From Candidatus Omnitrophica bacterium UBA6253 (lineage in GTDB: Bacteria; Omnitrophota; Gorgyraeia; Gygaellales; Profunditerraquicolaceae), in contig DJVP01000012.1 in NCBI GenBank assembly GCA_002441245.1, forward strand, positions 47,458 to 111,457: 64,000 nucleotides of DNA, in the 5' to 3' direction. Below are positions 27,108 to 37,199 of this stretch, piece after piece. The position numbers and the translations under genes are program-made. Position 1 is the first letter of the stretch. Each line of letters begins with the position of its first letter. Under the pieces are notes generated by a model. It saw only the letters and a list, made by a program, of their open reading frames with translations. It had not been told where the DNA came from and did no database searches.

Positions 27108-28788
27108 AGAATATATCTTTTGCCTCAAGGATCAAAGATTCATCCTGGCGCCAACTGTCTATCTTGGGTGTATAAACCAGATCAAATGAGCCTGCCTGCA
27201 TAAGGCTATCCAGCAAACCAGCCATACCAAAACCAATAACCTGGCAAGTAGTTATGCCATCAGTCGCCCAAAATTTTAAGGTCTCACGGCTTAAACTTTG
27301 AACCTGGCCTTTTAATTTAAGACTGCGCGTATAAAATAAGGGCTCCGGGTTTGCCATACCAAAAGGCTCCAAAGACTCAAACCCTCTGACCATTGATTCA
27401 TTTAAATCACTAAGGAAAAGCTCCGCATCAATATCTATACTGGGAAGCAAGTCTTCTAAACTCAGGCGGTCATGTGCCAGTTTATTAATGCTTTTCCTGA
27501 ATTCATCAATATTATCTTTGGTAATTAATAGCCCGGCAGCATGGGCATGCCCGCCAAAACTATCTAAGAGCTCTTTACAATCTACTAGCGCGTCAAAAAG
27601 ATGGAAGTTCTTAATTGAACGCGCCGACCCCTTGCATAAATCTTCATTCAGCGAAATTACTATTGCCGGACGATAAAACCTGTCAGCAAGCTTTGAGGCA
27701 ACAATCCCCAGCACACCCTGGTGCCAATCATCTTTGGCAATTACAATTACTTTTTGCTCTTTGAAATTTACCTGCCGGTTAATCAACTCTTCCGCTTCTT
27801 CTAAAATCTTAGCTTCCACCTTCTGGCGCTGACGGTTGAACTGCTCAAGCTCTTTGGCTAAACCTTGGGCCTCTTCATAACTCTGGCTCATCAACAACCT
27901 TAAAGATAATTCCGCGCTCGCCATCCTGCCTGAGGCGTTTAAACGCGGGGCAATAATAAAACTTACATAAGTAGAATTAAACTTTTTATTCTTAATGCCC
28001 GCATTGTCAATTATAGCGCGCAGGCCTTCTCTTCTGGTATTTGGCAGCTGGAGCAATCCTTCCTTTGCAATAATACGGTTCTCTCCATTCAAGGGGACGC
28101 TATCGGCAATAGTACCTAAAGTAACCAGATCAAGATCATCATTAAGCAAAGAACCGCTTATTGCCTGGCAAAATTTATAAGCCACTCCCACCCCGGCTAG
28201 CTCCCTGAAAGGATAACCGGAATTCTTAACCTTAGGATTAATCAAGCTTGAAGCTGCGGGCAATCCTATGCCCTGCGGCTCATGATGGTCAGTAACGATT
28301 ACATCTATATTTGCCTGCCTTAAGCCTTCTACTTCTTTCTGGTTAGCTGTTCCGCAGTCTGCGGTAACCATTAGTTTTACCTTATTTTCTATGGCAAAAG
28401 TAATTATCTCTTTGTTTAACCCGTAACCTTCACTAATGCGATGCGGGATATGATGCAAAACATCCAGGCCTAATGAAACAAGTGTATTCTTGACTAAAAC
28501 CGTGCTGGTTATACCATCGACATCATAGTCGCCAAAAACCATGACCTTTTCCTTATTCTCCATCGCCTTCTTAACCAAGGCTACTGCTTTAGGCATATCG
28601 GAGAATAACTGGGGGCTGAATAAATCATTCATGCCGGCCTTGAGAAATTTCTCTGCCTCAGCAGTAGATTTTACTTTGCGGTTAACCAAAACCTGGGCCA
28701 GAATCTTAGAAATACCTAATTCCTTGGACAGCTGATTTTGCAGGTGGATATGCGGGGTGGCTAATCTTAAAACTTTGTGGCTTGCCAT
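27100..28788 (-). CDS. recJ: single-stranded-DNA-specific exonuclease RecJ
   Basis: 562 aa with DHH motifs (VFGDYDVDGITS, DHH) and a DHHA1 domain. Confidence 0.9.
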   Translation of the reverse strand: MASHKVLRLATPHIHLQNQLSKELGISKILAQVLVNRKVKSTAEAEKFLKAGMNDLFSPQLFSDMPKAVALVKKAMENKEKVMVFGDYDVDGITSTVLVKNTLVSLGLDVLHHIPHRISEGYGLNKEIITFAIENKVKLMVTADCGTANQKEVEGLRQANIDVIVTDHHEPQGIGLPAASSLINPKVKNSGYPFRELAGVGVAYKFCQAISGSLLNDDLDLVTLGTIADSVPLNGENRIIAKEGLLQLPNTRREGLRAIIDNAGIKNKKFNSTYVSFIIAPRLNASGRMASAELSLRLLMSQSYEEAQGLAKELEQFNRQRQKVEAKILEEAEELINRQVNFKEQKVIVIAKDDWHQGVLGIVASKLADRFYRPAIVISLNEDLCKGSARSIKNFHLFDALVDCKELLDSFGGHAHAAGLLITKDNIDEFRKSINKLAHDRLSLEDLLPSIDIDAELFLSDLNESMVRGFESLEPFGMANPEPLFYTRSLKLKGQVQSLSRETLKFWATDGITTCQVIGFGMAGLLDSLMQAGSFDLVYTPKIDSWRQDESLILEAKDIFFK

Positions 28789-28795
28789 AAAAAGT

Positions 28796-30433
28796 TTACA
28801 TACTTTCCGGCTGACTTACGCCTAACAATTCTAATCCGCAGGATAAAACAATCTTTACCCCTTTAATCAGGGCGAGCCTTGCGTTGGTAAGCGCCTCACC
28901 CTGGCCTAAAACCCGGTGCAGATCATAAAACTTGTGGAAAGTTTCAGACAATTCCTGAAGGTAAACCGTAACCATATAGGGATCGCAAGTAATCAGGCAT
29001 ACGTTAAGAATTACCTTAAACTCAAGCATCTTCTTTATAAGATTCAACTCTTCCTTCTCTTTGAGCACAGAAAGGTCTAAATCGTCATTGTTTTGAGCAG
29101 TAACGCTCCGTAATATGCTGCAAATCCGCGCGTGAGCATACTGCACATAATATACGGGATTCTCCGAACTTTGTTTTTTGGCCACTTCCAGGTCAAAATC
29201 AAGATGACTTGACGTTCTACGCATTAAAAAAAAGAATCTAGCGGCATCTGAACCTACTTCATTCAAAACTTCACGCAAAGTTATGTATTGGCCGCGCCGG
29301 GTGGACATTTGAATAGGCTGGCCATTACGAAAGATGGTCGCCAATTGGACAATGATTACCGATAGGCTATCCGGAGAATGTCCAAAGGCCTGTATTGAAG
29401 CCTTAATACGGTTAATATAACCGTGATGGTCCGGCCCCCAAAGATTAATCAACCAGTCAAAACCACGGTTGAATTTATCCTGATGATACGCGATATCCGG
29501 AGCCAGGTACGTCTGGCTGCCATCGCTTTTAATAATCACCCTGTCTTTATCATCACCAAAAACAGTTGACTTAAACCAAAGTGCGCCATCCTGTTCAAAC
29601 AAATAATTCTTTTCTTTTAATTGGTTAAAGGTCTGCGCTACCTTGCCACTCTTAGCAAGTTCCTTCTGCGAATACCAGCAATCAAAATTAACCCCGAAAT
29701 CAAACAATTCCTGTTTTATTATCTTCAGGATGTAATCCGCCGCAAAATCACCCAAGTCCGCATCGCTAATCTTCTTTTTATGCGCCTCTGTAGCAATATC
29801 AAATATGTAATCTCCCTGATAGTAATTCTCAGGAAATTCAATCTCTTTACCAGTTAACTCTTCCCGGCGCAGCTGGACTGACTTGCCAAGGATATTGATC
29901 TGGTTACCCTCATCGTTAAGATAATATTCCCGCTGCACACTAAAGTTGAGAAATTCTAAAATACTGGCTAAGCAATCCCCTACCGCGGCCTGACGGGCAT
30001 GGGCAACCGATAATGAACCAGTAGGATTAGCACTGACAAACTCAATTAAAACTTTCTTACCCTTGCCTAAATCCTGCCTTAAGGCATCTTCACTCTGGGT
30101 AATTATTTTGCTTAACTGATTGTAAAAATAATCCGCATTAAGATAAAAGTTTATGAAGCCGGCACCCTCAACTTTTACCTGGGCAATCAGGCTCTTTAAT
30201 TCGGATTTTAAAATTTCCTCCTGGATTAATTCAATCAATACCGCGGCAATATTACGGGGGGAATTCTTAAGCGTTTTACTTAACTTTAAAGCGATATTAG
30301 TAGTAAAGTCGCCAAAACGCTCATCAGTGGGCAGATCCAGAATAATCTCCTCCTGGGCAAGTTTATCTAGTTCGCCTTTCCGCAGCGCGCGGACAACCAG
30401 GGCTATCAATTCTTCTTGAATATTCTTCTGCAT
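28796..30433 (-). CDS. argS: arginine--tRNA ligase
   Basis: 545 aa: class-I catalytic core (SANPTGSLSVAHAR, a degenerate HIGH motif) and a C-terminal DALR anticodon-binding region (ENPVYYVQYAHARICSIL). Confidence 0.9.
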   Translation of the reverse strand: MQKNIQEELIALVVRALRKGELDKLAQEEIILDLPTDERFGDFTTNIALKLSKTLKNSPRNIAAVLIELIQEEILKSELKSLIAQVKVEGAGFINFYLNADYFYNQLSKIITQSEDALRQDLGKGKKVLIEFVSANPTGSLSVAHARQAAVGDCLASILEFLNFSVQREYYLNDEGNQINILGKSVQLRREELTGKEIEFPENYYQGDYIFDIATEAHKKKISDADLGDFAADYILKIIKQELFDFGVNFDCWYSQKELAKSGKVAQTFNQLKEKNYLFEQDGALWFKSTVFGDDKDRVIIKSDGSQTYLAPDIAYHQDKFNRGFDWLINLWGPDHHGYINRIKASIQAFGHSPDSLSVIIVQLATIFRNGQPIQMSTRRGQYITLREVLNEVGSDAARFFFLMRRTSSHLDFDLEVAKKQSSENPVYYVQYAHARICSILRSVTAQNNDDLDLSVLKEKEELNLIKKMLEFKVILNVCLITCDPYMVTVYLQELSETFHKFYDLHRVLGQGEALTNARLALIKGVKIVLSCGLELLGVSQPESM

Positions 30434-30485
30434 TTTAGTTTTTTAGAAAAGAGTGCTGCAAGAACGGCAAGCTAATAACCTAAAA

Positions 30486-30827
30486 TCACTTTTTGGCGGC
30501 AGAAACACGAACTTTCTTAGCATCAGACCACAGGCCCTCTAAAGAATAAAACTCTCTCATGGGCTTATAAAAAGAGTGGGCGATTACCGAAACATAGTCT
30601 AAAGCTAACCAACCAGATTCATCGCCACGAGGAACCCTTGAGAGAGATTTTATCCCGATTTTTTCCAAGCCATCCTGAATCGCCTGGGCAATCGCAACGG
30701 TCTGCCTTAAAGAATTACCGCTGGCGATAACAAAATAATCGCAAAAACCGGCTATTTTTGAAACATCCAGGATAACAACATCCTCGGCCTTTATGGATTT
30801 AGCAGCCCGGGCAATGGCTTGAGCCAA
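30486..30827 (-). CDS. rsfS: ribosome silencing factor RsfS (Iojap)
   Basis: 113 aa, Iojap-like; DYFVIASGNS is typical. Confidence 0.85.
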   Translation of the reverse strand: MAQAIARAAKSIKAEDVVILDVSKIAGFCDYFVIASGNSLRQTVAIAQAIQDGLEKIGIKSLSRVPRGDESGWLALDYVSVIAHSFYKPMREFYSLEGLWSDAKKVRVSAAKK

Positions 30828-30870
30828 CTGTTTTGATTCTATTTTAATACTCCTATTTCTATATAATTCC

Positions 30871-31020
30871 TTATTTTTTACCTAAAATCTTATACATTCC
30901 GGTTCCGCACTCAGGGCATTTGCCTTTCATTGCTGCGCGGCCATTCTTCATAGTTACCTTCTGCTCATCTTTCATAGCTTTCTTGCCTTTACATTTTACA
31001 CAATATCCTGTTTCAGCCAT
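30871..31020 (-). CDS. small zinc-ribbon protein (49 aa; CxxC...CxxC), hypothetical
   Basis: Not in the ORF track. Hand translation gives MAETGYCVKCKGKKAMKDEQKVTMKNGRAAMKGKCPECGTGMYKILGKK, with a GGAGGAACAA Shine-Dalgarno upstream. The family recurs widely as an unannotated small protein. Confidence 0.55.
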   Translation of the reverse strand: MAETGYCVKCKGKKAMKDEQKVTMKNGRAAMKGKCPECGTGMYKILGKK

Positions 31021-31100
31021 TTGTTCCTCCTTTTTATGAAACACACAGGTTTAACTATAGATTAATATTAACACAGCTAAATTTTTATGTCAAACAATTC

Positions 31101-32105
31101 TTACCTTGAAGTCTTCTTGCGCTTAAAATCCTTTTCTTCGATCTCCCCGACAATCTCTTCCATTAAATCTTCTAAAGTAACCAGGCCCAAAGCCTTCTTG
31201 TCTTTATCTATAACAATAGCAATCTGGATCTTCTCCGTCTGAAATTTCTTTAAAAGTTCGCTAACGCGCATTGACTCCGGTACATAACAGGCATCCTGCA
31301 GCAGGTCTTGCAGCAGGAATAACCCTTTTTCTCTTAATATATAAAGCAGGTCCCGCGCGTAAACTATGCCTACGACATTATCCAGTGAACCGCTGTATAC
31401 CGGAAGACGCGCATGCCCTTCCTCCACAAATAAACTAAGCAGGTCATCGGAATTAGTATCAATATTCACCGCTACCATTTTCTCCCTAGTGACCATTACA
31501 TCATTAAGCTTAGTATCTCCGAATTCAAAGATACGGTGCAGCATCTTACGCTCTTCTTCGCTTAAAACCCCATCCTCCTTGCCCATCTCAATCATCGTAC
31601 GCAGTTCTTCTTCGGTAATTAAAGGCGAGCGTTTGGAAAGTTTTATTCCGAAAATCTTAAGGATCAGGTTGCTAATCCCGATAAAGAGCACAATCAACGG
31701 CTTCAGGATTATAACCACAACCTCCATTACCGGAGCGGCAATAAGGGCCACTTTATCCGAGTGTTTTGCCGAAAGTATCTTCGGGGTTACTTCGCAAAAA
31801 ATAAGCAAAACTACTGTAGTTGTAAAAGTAGAGACGACCACCCCCCAATGGTAACCATAAATCTGCACAAATACCCCGGTCACAATTGAGGAAATCGCTA
31901 TATTAACCAGGTTATTGCCTATAAGTATGGCGGCAATAACCTTATCCAATTTAGTTACCAGGCGCTGGACGCTTTGTGCGCGCTTAACCCCTTTTTTCAA
32001 CATATGGCGCAGGCGTATCTTACTCAATCCGATAATAGAAGTCTCCGCGGATGAGAAGAAAAAAGAAATCGCAGCCAAAAATAACAAAATCAAGAATATG
32101 ATCAT
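31101..32105 (-). CDS. CNNM/HlyC-CorC family protein (DUF21 + CBS pair; CorC_HlyC domain missing or truncated)
   Basis: 334 aa with an N-terminal DUF21 TM domain and two CBS domains. The protein ends at EEIVGEIEEK, where the CorC_HlyC domain normally begins. Confidence 0.75.
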   Translation of the reverse strand: MIIFLILLFLAAISFFFSSAETSIIGLSKIRLRHMLKKGVKRAQSVQRLVTKLDKVIAAILIGNNLVNIAISSIVTGVFVQIYGYHWGVVVSTFTTTVVLLIFCEVTPKILSAKHSDKVALIAAPVMEVVVIILKPLIVLFIGISNLILKIFGIKLSKRSPLITEEELRTMIEMGKEDGVLSEEERKMLHRIFEFGDTKLNDVMVTREKMVAVNIDTNSDDLLSLFVEEGHARLPVYSGSLDNVVGIVYARDLLYILREKGLFLLQDLLQDACYVPESMRVSELLKKFQTEKIQIAIVIDKDKKALGLVTLEDLMEEIVGEIEEKDFKRKKTSR

Positions 32106-32107
32106 TT

Positions 32108-33376
32108 TTATCCTAAATTAAGCTCTGAATAAATCCTCTTTTTTTCTTTTTCTAACGGGCCGATTAAAGCCAAATTTATCTTCTCGCGTTTAAATATTTT
32201 CCGGGCGACTTTTTGCAGGTCCTCAATAGTTACTTTATTTACCTCTCTGACAACATCCTCTAATGTATATACCTTATCCAAACATGCCATACTCTCGCCC
32301 ATCCAAAGCATATACTCCATGGTATCCTCTAAAGCCAGCATAAGCTGGCCCATATAAAACTCTTTTGCCCGCCTAAATTCATCAGCAGTTACCAGCCTAT
32401 TCTTTGCTTTTCCCAATTCCTTAAAAATTAATTCCAGGCAAGGAAGAACCTTATGATTATCTATACCGGCATGGACCAGGAACGCCCCGGTATCATGATA
32501 ACGCTTCAGGCCGCTTCCAATCTCATAAGCCAGCCCCCTTTTTTCTCTAACCTCATTAAAAAGACGACTGGACATATTTGCCCCTAAAATTATATGCAAC
32601 AGTGCCTGGGCATGCCTTAAGGGATGGTCGCGTTTTAAACCATGAAACCCCAAAGCCATGTGCGTCTGCTCAGTGGTTTTATGAAAAATCTTAAGCTGCT
32701 GTTTATCCTGGAACTCCCTGACAGCTGTAAATGCATTTAACCCTCCGGGATCCCTATCTGCGAATATACCCGAGACTTTTTTTACTAATAAATTATGGTC
32801 TATTAATCCCGAGGCGCTGATTACAATATTAGCGGGGGTATAATGCGTCCTTTGAAAACAGCTTAAGTTATCCCGGGTAATGCTTTTTACGGACTCAATC
32901 GTCCCGATCACCGGAGAACCGATCGCCTGATTCGGCCAAAGCAATTCATCCAAAAGCTCATAAACATAGCTTTGAGGAAGATCCCTGTACATTTTTAGCT
33001 CCTCCAGAATAACCGTTCTTTCTTTTTTGATATCCTCCCGCTTCAGGCATGGAGAAACCACCATATCGGATAAAATATCCAGGGACTTAACCAGATAACG
33101 GCTGGGGATCTTAACTAGATAGCAGGTAAGCTCTTCAGATGTAAAACCATTTAAGGCGCCTCCTACTCCTTCAATTAACTCTTTGATCTGCCGGCAGGAA
33201 TATTTTTTACTGCCCTTAAAAAGCAAATGCTCCAGGTAATGGGAGATACCTTTATGGGCATCTGGCTCATAACGGCCGCCAATGTTAATCCAGATCCCCA
33301 AAGAAATGCTGCCTACGCCGCTTAAACGTTTGGTAATTATTCTTAAGCCGTTACTTAATTTACTTTTTCTATACAT
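32108..33376 (-). CDS. M16-family zinc peptidase (insulinase-like)
   Basis: Inverted zinc-binding motif HxxEH (HYLEHLLFKG). Start chosen at Met6 ([11 protein letters not shown]), which is preceded by an AGGAAGG Shine-Dalgarno; the ORF track starts at 33391. Confidence 0.75.
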   Translation of the reverse strand: MYRKSKLSNGLRIITKRLSGVGSISLGIWINIGGRYEPDAHKGISHYLEHLLFKGSKKYSCRQIKELIEGVGGALNGFTSEELTCYLVKIPSRYLVKSLDILSDMVVSPCLKREDIKKERTVILEELKMYRDLPQSYVYELLDELLWPNQAIGSPVIGTIESVKSITRDNLSCFQRTHYTPANIVISASGLIDHNLLVKKVSGIFADRDPGGLNAFTAVREFQDKQQLKIFHKTTEQTHMALGFHGLKRDHPLRHAQALLHIILGANMSSRLFNEVREKRGLAYEIGSGLKRYHDTGAFLVHAGIDNHKVLPCLELIFKELGKAKNRLVTADEFRRAKEFYMGQLMLALEDTMEYMLWMGESMACLDKVYTLEDVVREVNKVTIEDLQKVARKIFKREKINLALIGPLEKEKKRIYSELNLG

Positions 33377-34154
33377 TAAACCTTCCTGCAAAATTACCTA
33401 CTCTTTTTGCCAAATCCTTGCGCTTAATATTTTCCCGTATCTTATTTACGATAGCGCTGCCGACAATCCCTCCGTCGCAGATTTCTTGCACCTGCCTCAG
33501 TTGCTTTGCGTTAGAGATACCAAACCCTGCACAAACCGGAATACGCGCCACTTTCTTAATCTTAATTAAATTAGCTTTTAAATCCGCCGCCAGGCTCTTG
33601 CGGCTTCCCGTAACCCCGGTTAAAGAAACATAGTAGATAAAACCTCTGGCTATTTTAGATATGATTTTGATCCTCGCCTGTGAACTGGTTGGGGCAAGAA
33701 AACAAATATTGGCTAAACCTTTTTTATCGGCATAAAGGATAAATTCTTTTGCCTCTTCAGGAGGCAGATCCGGGATAATCACCCCGTCAACTCCCGCAAT
33801 TATAGCCTCATCCGCGAATTTTTTATCCCCAAAACAAAATATAGGGTTGTAATAACTCATCAGGCAAATCGGCAAATCGGTATTCTTGCGCAGGCTTTTT
33901 ACTAAATCCAGGATTTTTACAAGATTGGTTTTCTTTTTTAAAGAATACAGAGATGCCTCCTGGATTACCGGGCCATCAGCCAAAGGATCTGAGAAAGGAA
34001 CACCTAATTCAATTATATCAACCCCATTTTTCTCAAGCTCCAAGACAAGCTTGCCAGTTGTAGTTAAATCAGGATAGCCTGCGGTAATAAAAGCAATAAA
34101 AGCCTTTTTGCCTTTTTTCTTTAACTCTATAAACTTTTTATCAATACGATTCAT
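33369..34154 (-). CDS. trpA: tryptophan synthase alpha chain
   Basis: [17 protein letters not shown] motif. Start set at the internal MNRIDKK, which has a GGGAGAGGGG Shine-Dalgarno; the ORF track extends to 34190. Confidence 0.9.
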   Translation of the reverse strand: MNRIDKKFIELKKKGKKAFIAFITAGYPDLTTTGKLVLELEKNGVDIIELGVPFSDPLADGPVIQEASLYSLKKKTNLVKILDLVKSLRKNTDLPICLMSYYNPIFCFGDKKFADEAIIAGVDGVIIPDLPPEEAKEFILYADKKGLANICFLAPTSSQARIKIISKIARGFIYYVSLTGVTGSRKSLAADLKANLIKIKKVARIPVCAGFGISNAKQLRQVQEICDGGIVGSAIVNKIRENIKRKDLAKRVGNFAGRFNV

Positions 34155-35316
34155 GTAAATCCTTATCCCCTCTCCCTGAAAGACAGACAATAACCACCGA
34201 ATTTTTCTTTATGTTTTTAGCCGACTTTCTTAAATAAGCAATGGCATGCGCAGATTCTAAAGCCGGAATAATCCCCTCGATCTCAGATAATAATTTAAAT
34301 CCTTCTAAGGCTTCTTTATCGTTAACTGCCACGTAATTTGCCCGATTGATCTCTTTATAATAAGCATGTTCCGGCCCAACCCCGGGATAATCCAGGCCGG
34401 CAGCTACGGAATGTGCATTAGCAATCTGGCCAAATTTATCCTCCAGGACATCGGATTTACAGCCATGCAAAACTCCGGGCGCGCCACCCACAAGGCTTGC
34501 AGAATGCTTTCCTGAAGATAAACCTAGTCCCGCAGCTTCCACGCCAATCATCTTCACGGTTCTATCTTTAAAAAAAGGATAAAACAGCCCCATAGCATTA
34601 CTGCCGCCTCCGACACAAGCCACCAGGTAATCCGGCAATCTTTTTTCTTTCTTCAAAACCTGCTGCCTTGCCTCTTTTCCGATTACAGATTGGAAATCAC
34701 GCACCATAGCCGGATACGGATGCGGCCCGGCAACTGTACCTATAATATAATAGGTGTTGCGCACATTAGTTACCCAATCGCGCAAGGCCTCGGTCATGGC
34801 GTCTTTTAAAGTCTTTGTACCGCTATTAACCGGGATTACCCGGCCGCCCAATAACTTCATACGTAAGACATTTAACGCCTGGCGCTGGATATCCTCCTGT
34901 CCCATATATATATCGCATTCTAAGCCGAACAATGCCGCAACCGTCGCAGTAGCTACTCCATGCTGGCCGGCCCCTGTCTCAGCGATAACTCTCTTCTTTC
35001 CCATTTTCTTCGCCAAAATCACCTGCCCAAGGGTATTATTTATTTTATGGGCACCGGTATGTAAAAGGTCCTCTCTTTTTAAATAAACTTTTTTTATCCC
35101 GAGGTATCTGCTCAAATTACCAGCTAAATATAAAGGAGTTGGCCGGCCGGCGTATTCATTAAGGTAACCGGATAACTCCTTACGAAAGTTCTTATCTCTT
35201 TTAGCCTCGGAATACTCCCTCTCCAATTCATTCAAAGCATAAATCAAAGTTTCAGGGACAAATCTGCCTCCAAAACTTCCGAAATGTCCTGTTTTATCCG
35301 GTATATTCTTTTGCAT
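34141..35316 (-). CDS. trpB: tryptophan synthase beta chain
   Basis: PLP-dependent TrpB ([21 protein letters not shown]). Start at the internal Met, which overlaps the stop of the upstream zinc-ribbon ORF as TAATG; the ORF track extends to 35478. Confidence 0.9.
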   Translation of the reverse strand: MQKNIPDKTGHFGSFGGRFVPETLIYALNELEREYSEAKRDKNFRKELSGYLNEYAGRPTPLYLAGNLSRYLGIKKVYLKREDLLHTGAHKINNTLGQVILAKKMGKKRVIAETGAGQHGVATATVAALFGLECDIYMGQEDIQRQALNVLRMKLLGGRVIPVNSGTKTLKDAMTEALRDWVTNVRNTYYIIGTVAGPHPYPAMVRDFQSVIGKEARQQVLKKEKRLPDYLVACVGGGSNAMGLFYPFFKDRTVKMIGVEAAGLGLSSGKHSASLVGGAPGVLHGCKSDVLEDKFGQIANAHSVAAGLDYPGVGPEHAYYKEINRANYVAVNDKEALEGFKLLSEIEGIIPALESAHAIAYLRKSAKNIKKNSVVIVCLSGRGDKDLHESY

Positions 35317-35675
35317 TATAAATAGATCCTCTGATAATTGCTTAACGGGCCTCCGGTGACATTCTCCCAAAATATACGCAGGCCTTCCCCTAAGTCTCTT
35401 AGCATAGTCTGCACATCCTGAGCATTTAATGGCAGGTAAAAATGCGGCAGGCTCATCCCCATAAACGGGCTCCTGCATAGCGCCTCTTTGAACAAATTAA
35501 AAACTAAATATAGAAAAATGTTCCCTAAAATAATAAGCACAAATAAGGCAATCAGGCAGCCCCATAGGCAATTTAAATATTTTTTATTTTTATTCAAAAA
35601 CTCACCGCAATGTTTGCATTTTAAGGCATCATCTTGAATCGCTTCCCGGCAAAATGGGCATTTTTTCATATTCAT
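35316..35675 (-). CDS. zinc-ribbon + transmembrane small protein (119 aa), hypothetical
   Basis: N-terminal CPFC...CKHCG zinc ribbon followed by a hydrophobic helix. AAGAGGGG Shine-Dalgarno upstream; stop overlaps the trpB start. Confidence 0.55.
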   Translation of the reverse strand: MNMKKCPFCREAIQDDALKCKHCGEFLNKNKKYLNCLWGCLIALFVLIILGNIFLYLVFNLFKEALCRSPFMGMSLPHFYLPLNAQDVQTMLRDLGEGLRIFWENVTGGPLSNYQRIYL

Positions 35676-35684
35676 CTACCCCTC

Positions 35685-36302
35685 TTAAGGCTTACGGCTT
35701 GCCTGAATGAACTGCTTAATTTTTTTATGGTCTTTTTTACCCGGCTTCGATTCTAAAGCGCTTGAGACATCTATCCAATCGGGTTTTAATAATTTAATTG
35801 CCTTACGCACATTTGCGGCAGTTAAGCCTCCGGAAATAAAAACCGGATTCTTTATTTTATCCAGGTTTTTTAATAAATACCAGTTAAACTTTTTACCTGT
35901 GCCGCCAGGAAGTTTTTTTGAATAAGTATCAAAAAGACAGCCACAGCCCCGATATTCTGATATTTTAAATAAATCCACCCCTTCTTTAACAGGAAAGGCT
36001 TTAATAATTTTATAGCCTTTGAATTTCCGGCAATACGCAGCTGGCTCATGGCCATGAAACTGCAGCATATCCAAACCGCAAAACCTGGCAATTCTCTTTA
36101 CAGTTTTAATATCCTCATCAACAAAAACCCCTACGCGGATTATCTTTTTAGGCAAAATACGCGAAATATTACGGGCTTTAAGCGGGCTGATATAGCGGGG
36201 GCTCTTTTTATAAAAAACAAGGCCTATTGCGTCTGCCCCGCTGAATAAAGACGCCAAGGCATCCTCTAAATTAGTTATCCCGCAAATCTTAACCTTAACC
36301 AT
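35685..36302 (-). CDS. trpF: phosphoribosylanthranilate isomerase
   Basis: 205 aa; KICGIT N-terminus and a TIM-barrel PRAI fold. Confidence 0.85.
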   Translation of the reverse strand: MVKVKICGITNLEDALASLFSGADAIGLVFYKKSPRYISPLKARNISRILPKKIIRVGVFVDEDIKTVKRIARFCGLDMLQFHGHEPAAYCRKFKGYKIIKAFPVKEGVDLFKISEYRGCGCLFDTYSKKLPGGTGKKFNWYLLKNLDKIKNPVFISGGLTAANVRKAIKLLKPDWIDVSSALESKPGKKDHKKIKQFIQASRKP

Positions 36303-36318
36303 ACATTAACACCATAAG

Positions 36319-36404
36319 CGAAGGGTGACGCTGAAGAGGAACATCCCCGTTCCGAGGAAAAATTTACCCCGAAGGGATGAGGATACTTCAGCGGCAGGAC
36401 CCCG
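36319..36404. repeat. palindromic intergenic repeat element, copy 1 (~86 nt)
   Basis: About 88% identical to the reverse complement of 58050-58136. Internally an imperfect hairpin, with GCTGAAG pairing CTTCAGC and CCCCGTTCC pairing GGATGAGG. Confidence 0.6.
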
Positions 36405-36409
36405 AACTC

Positions 36410-37198
36410 CTACCACCCCATTACCTCTTCTACTTTTCTCTTTATATCTTCAGCCTCCATAAAAGCTGTACCAATTAATACAGCGCTTGCTCCAAGAATT
36501 TTTAAGAACAAAATATCCTGATAATTCTTAATCCCGCTTTCCACAACCACCAGTTTATCCCTGGGGATTAAAGTGAATAATTTCTCCGTGGTTTTAAAGT
36601 CAACTTCAAGGGTATGCAGATTGCGGTTATTTATCCCGATAATCGGAACTTTCAGGTTAAGCACCTTCTTCAGTTCTTTCTCATCATGTACTTCTACTAA
36701 ATAATCCATACCTAAACTATCGGCAATCTGCATTAGTTCGGTCAGTTTATCTTTAGACAATAAATCCGCGATCAATAAAATCGCATCCGCGCCCAAATAA
36801 CGCGACTCATATACCTGATAACCTTCCAGGATAAAATCTTTCCTTAAAACCGGAGCAGTAATAATATTTTTTACTTCATTGATATAAAGCGGGCTCCCCC
36901 CGAAGAAATCCTCCTCGGTTAATACGGAAACTGCCTGCACCCCCGCCTCCTGATAACTCTTAGTTATCTCCTGCAGGTTAAAATTCTGGCGGATCAATCC
37001 TTTTGAAGGCGAAGATTGCTTTATTTCAGCAATAAGCGAAATTTGCCGCACCTTGCTGATTGCCTCCTTAAATGGGCGGCAGATAGCTAATCCGGCTACC
37101 CTTGCCTTCAAATCGTCCTCGGGAAACTGCTGCTTAGATAAAACAAGCCTTTCTTTTTTCTTTGCCACGATCTCTTTTAAGGTATCAACTTTAGCCAT
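36410..37198 (-). CDS. trpC: indole-3-glycerol phosphate synthase
   Basis: 262-aa IGPS; the SPSKGLI loop and a TIM-barrel fold. Confidence 0.9.
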   Translation of the reverse strand: MAKVDTLKEIVAKKKERLVLSKQQFPEDDLKARVAGLAICRPFKEAISKVRQISLIAEIKQSSPSKGLIRQNFNLQEITKSYQEAGVQAVSVLTEEDFFGGSPLYINEVKNIITAPVLRKDFILEGYQVYESRYLGADAILLIADLLSKDKLTELMQIADSLGMDYLVEVHDEKELKKVLNLKVPIIGINNRNLHTLEVDFKTTEKLFTLIPRDKLVVVESGIKNYQDILFLKILGASAVLIGTAFMEAEDIKRKVEEVMGW

Positions 37199-37199
37199 C

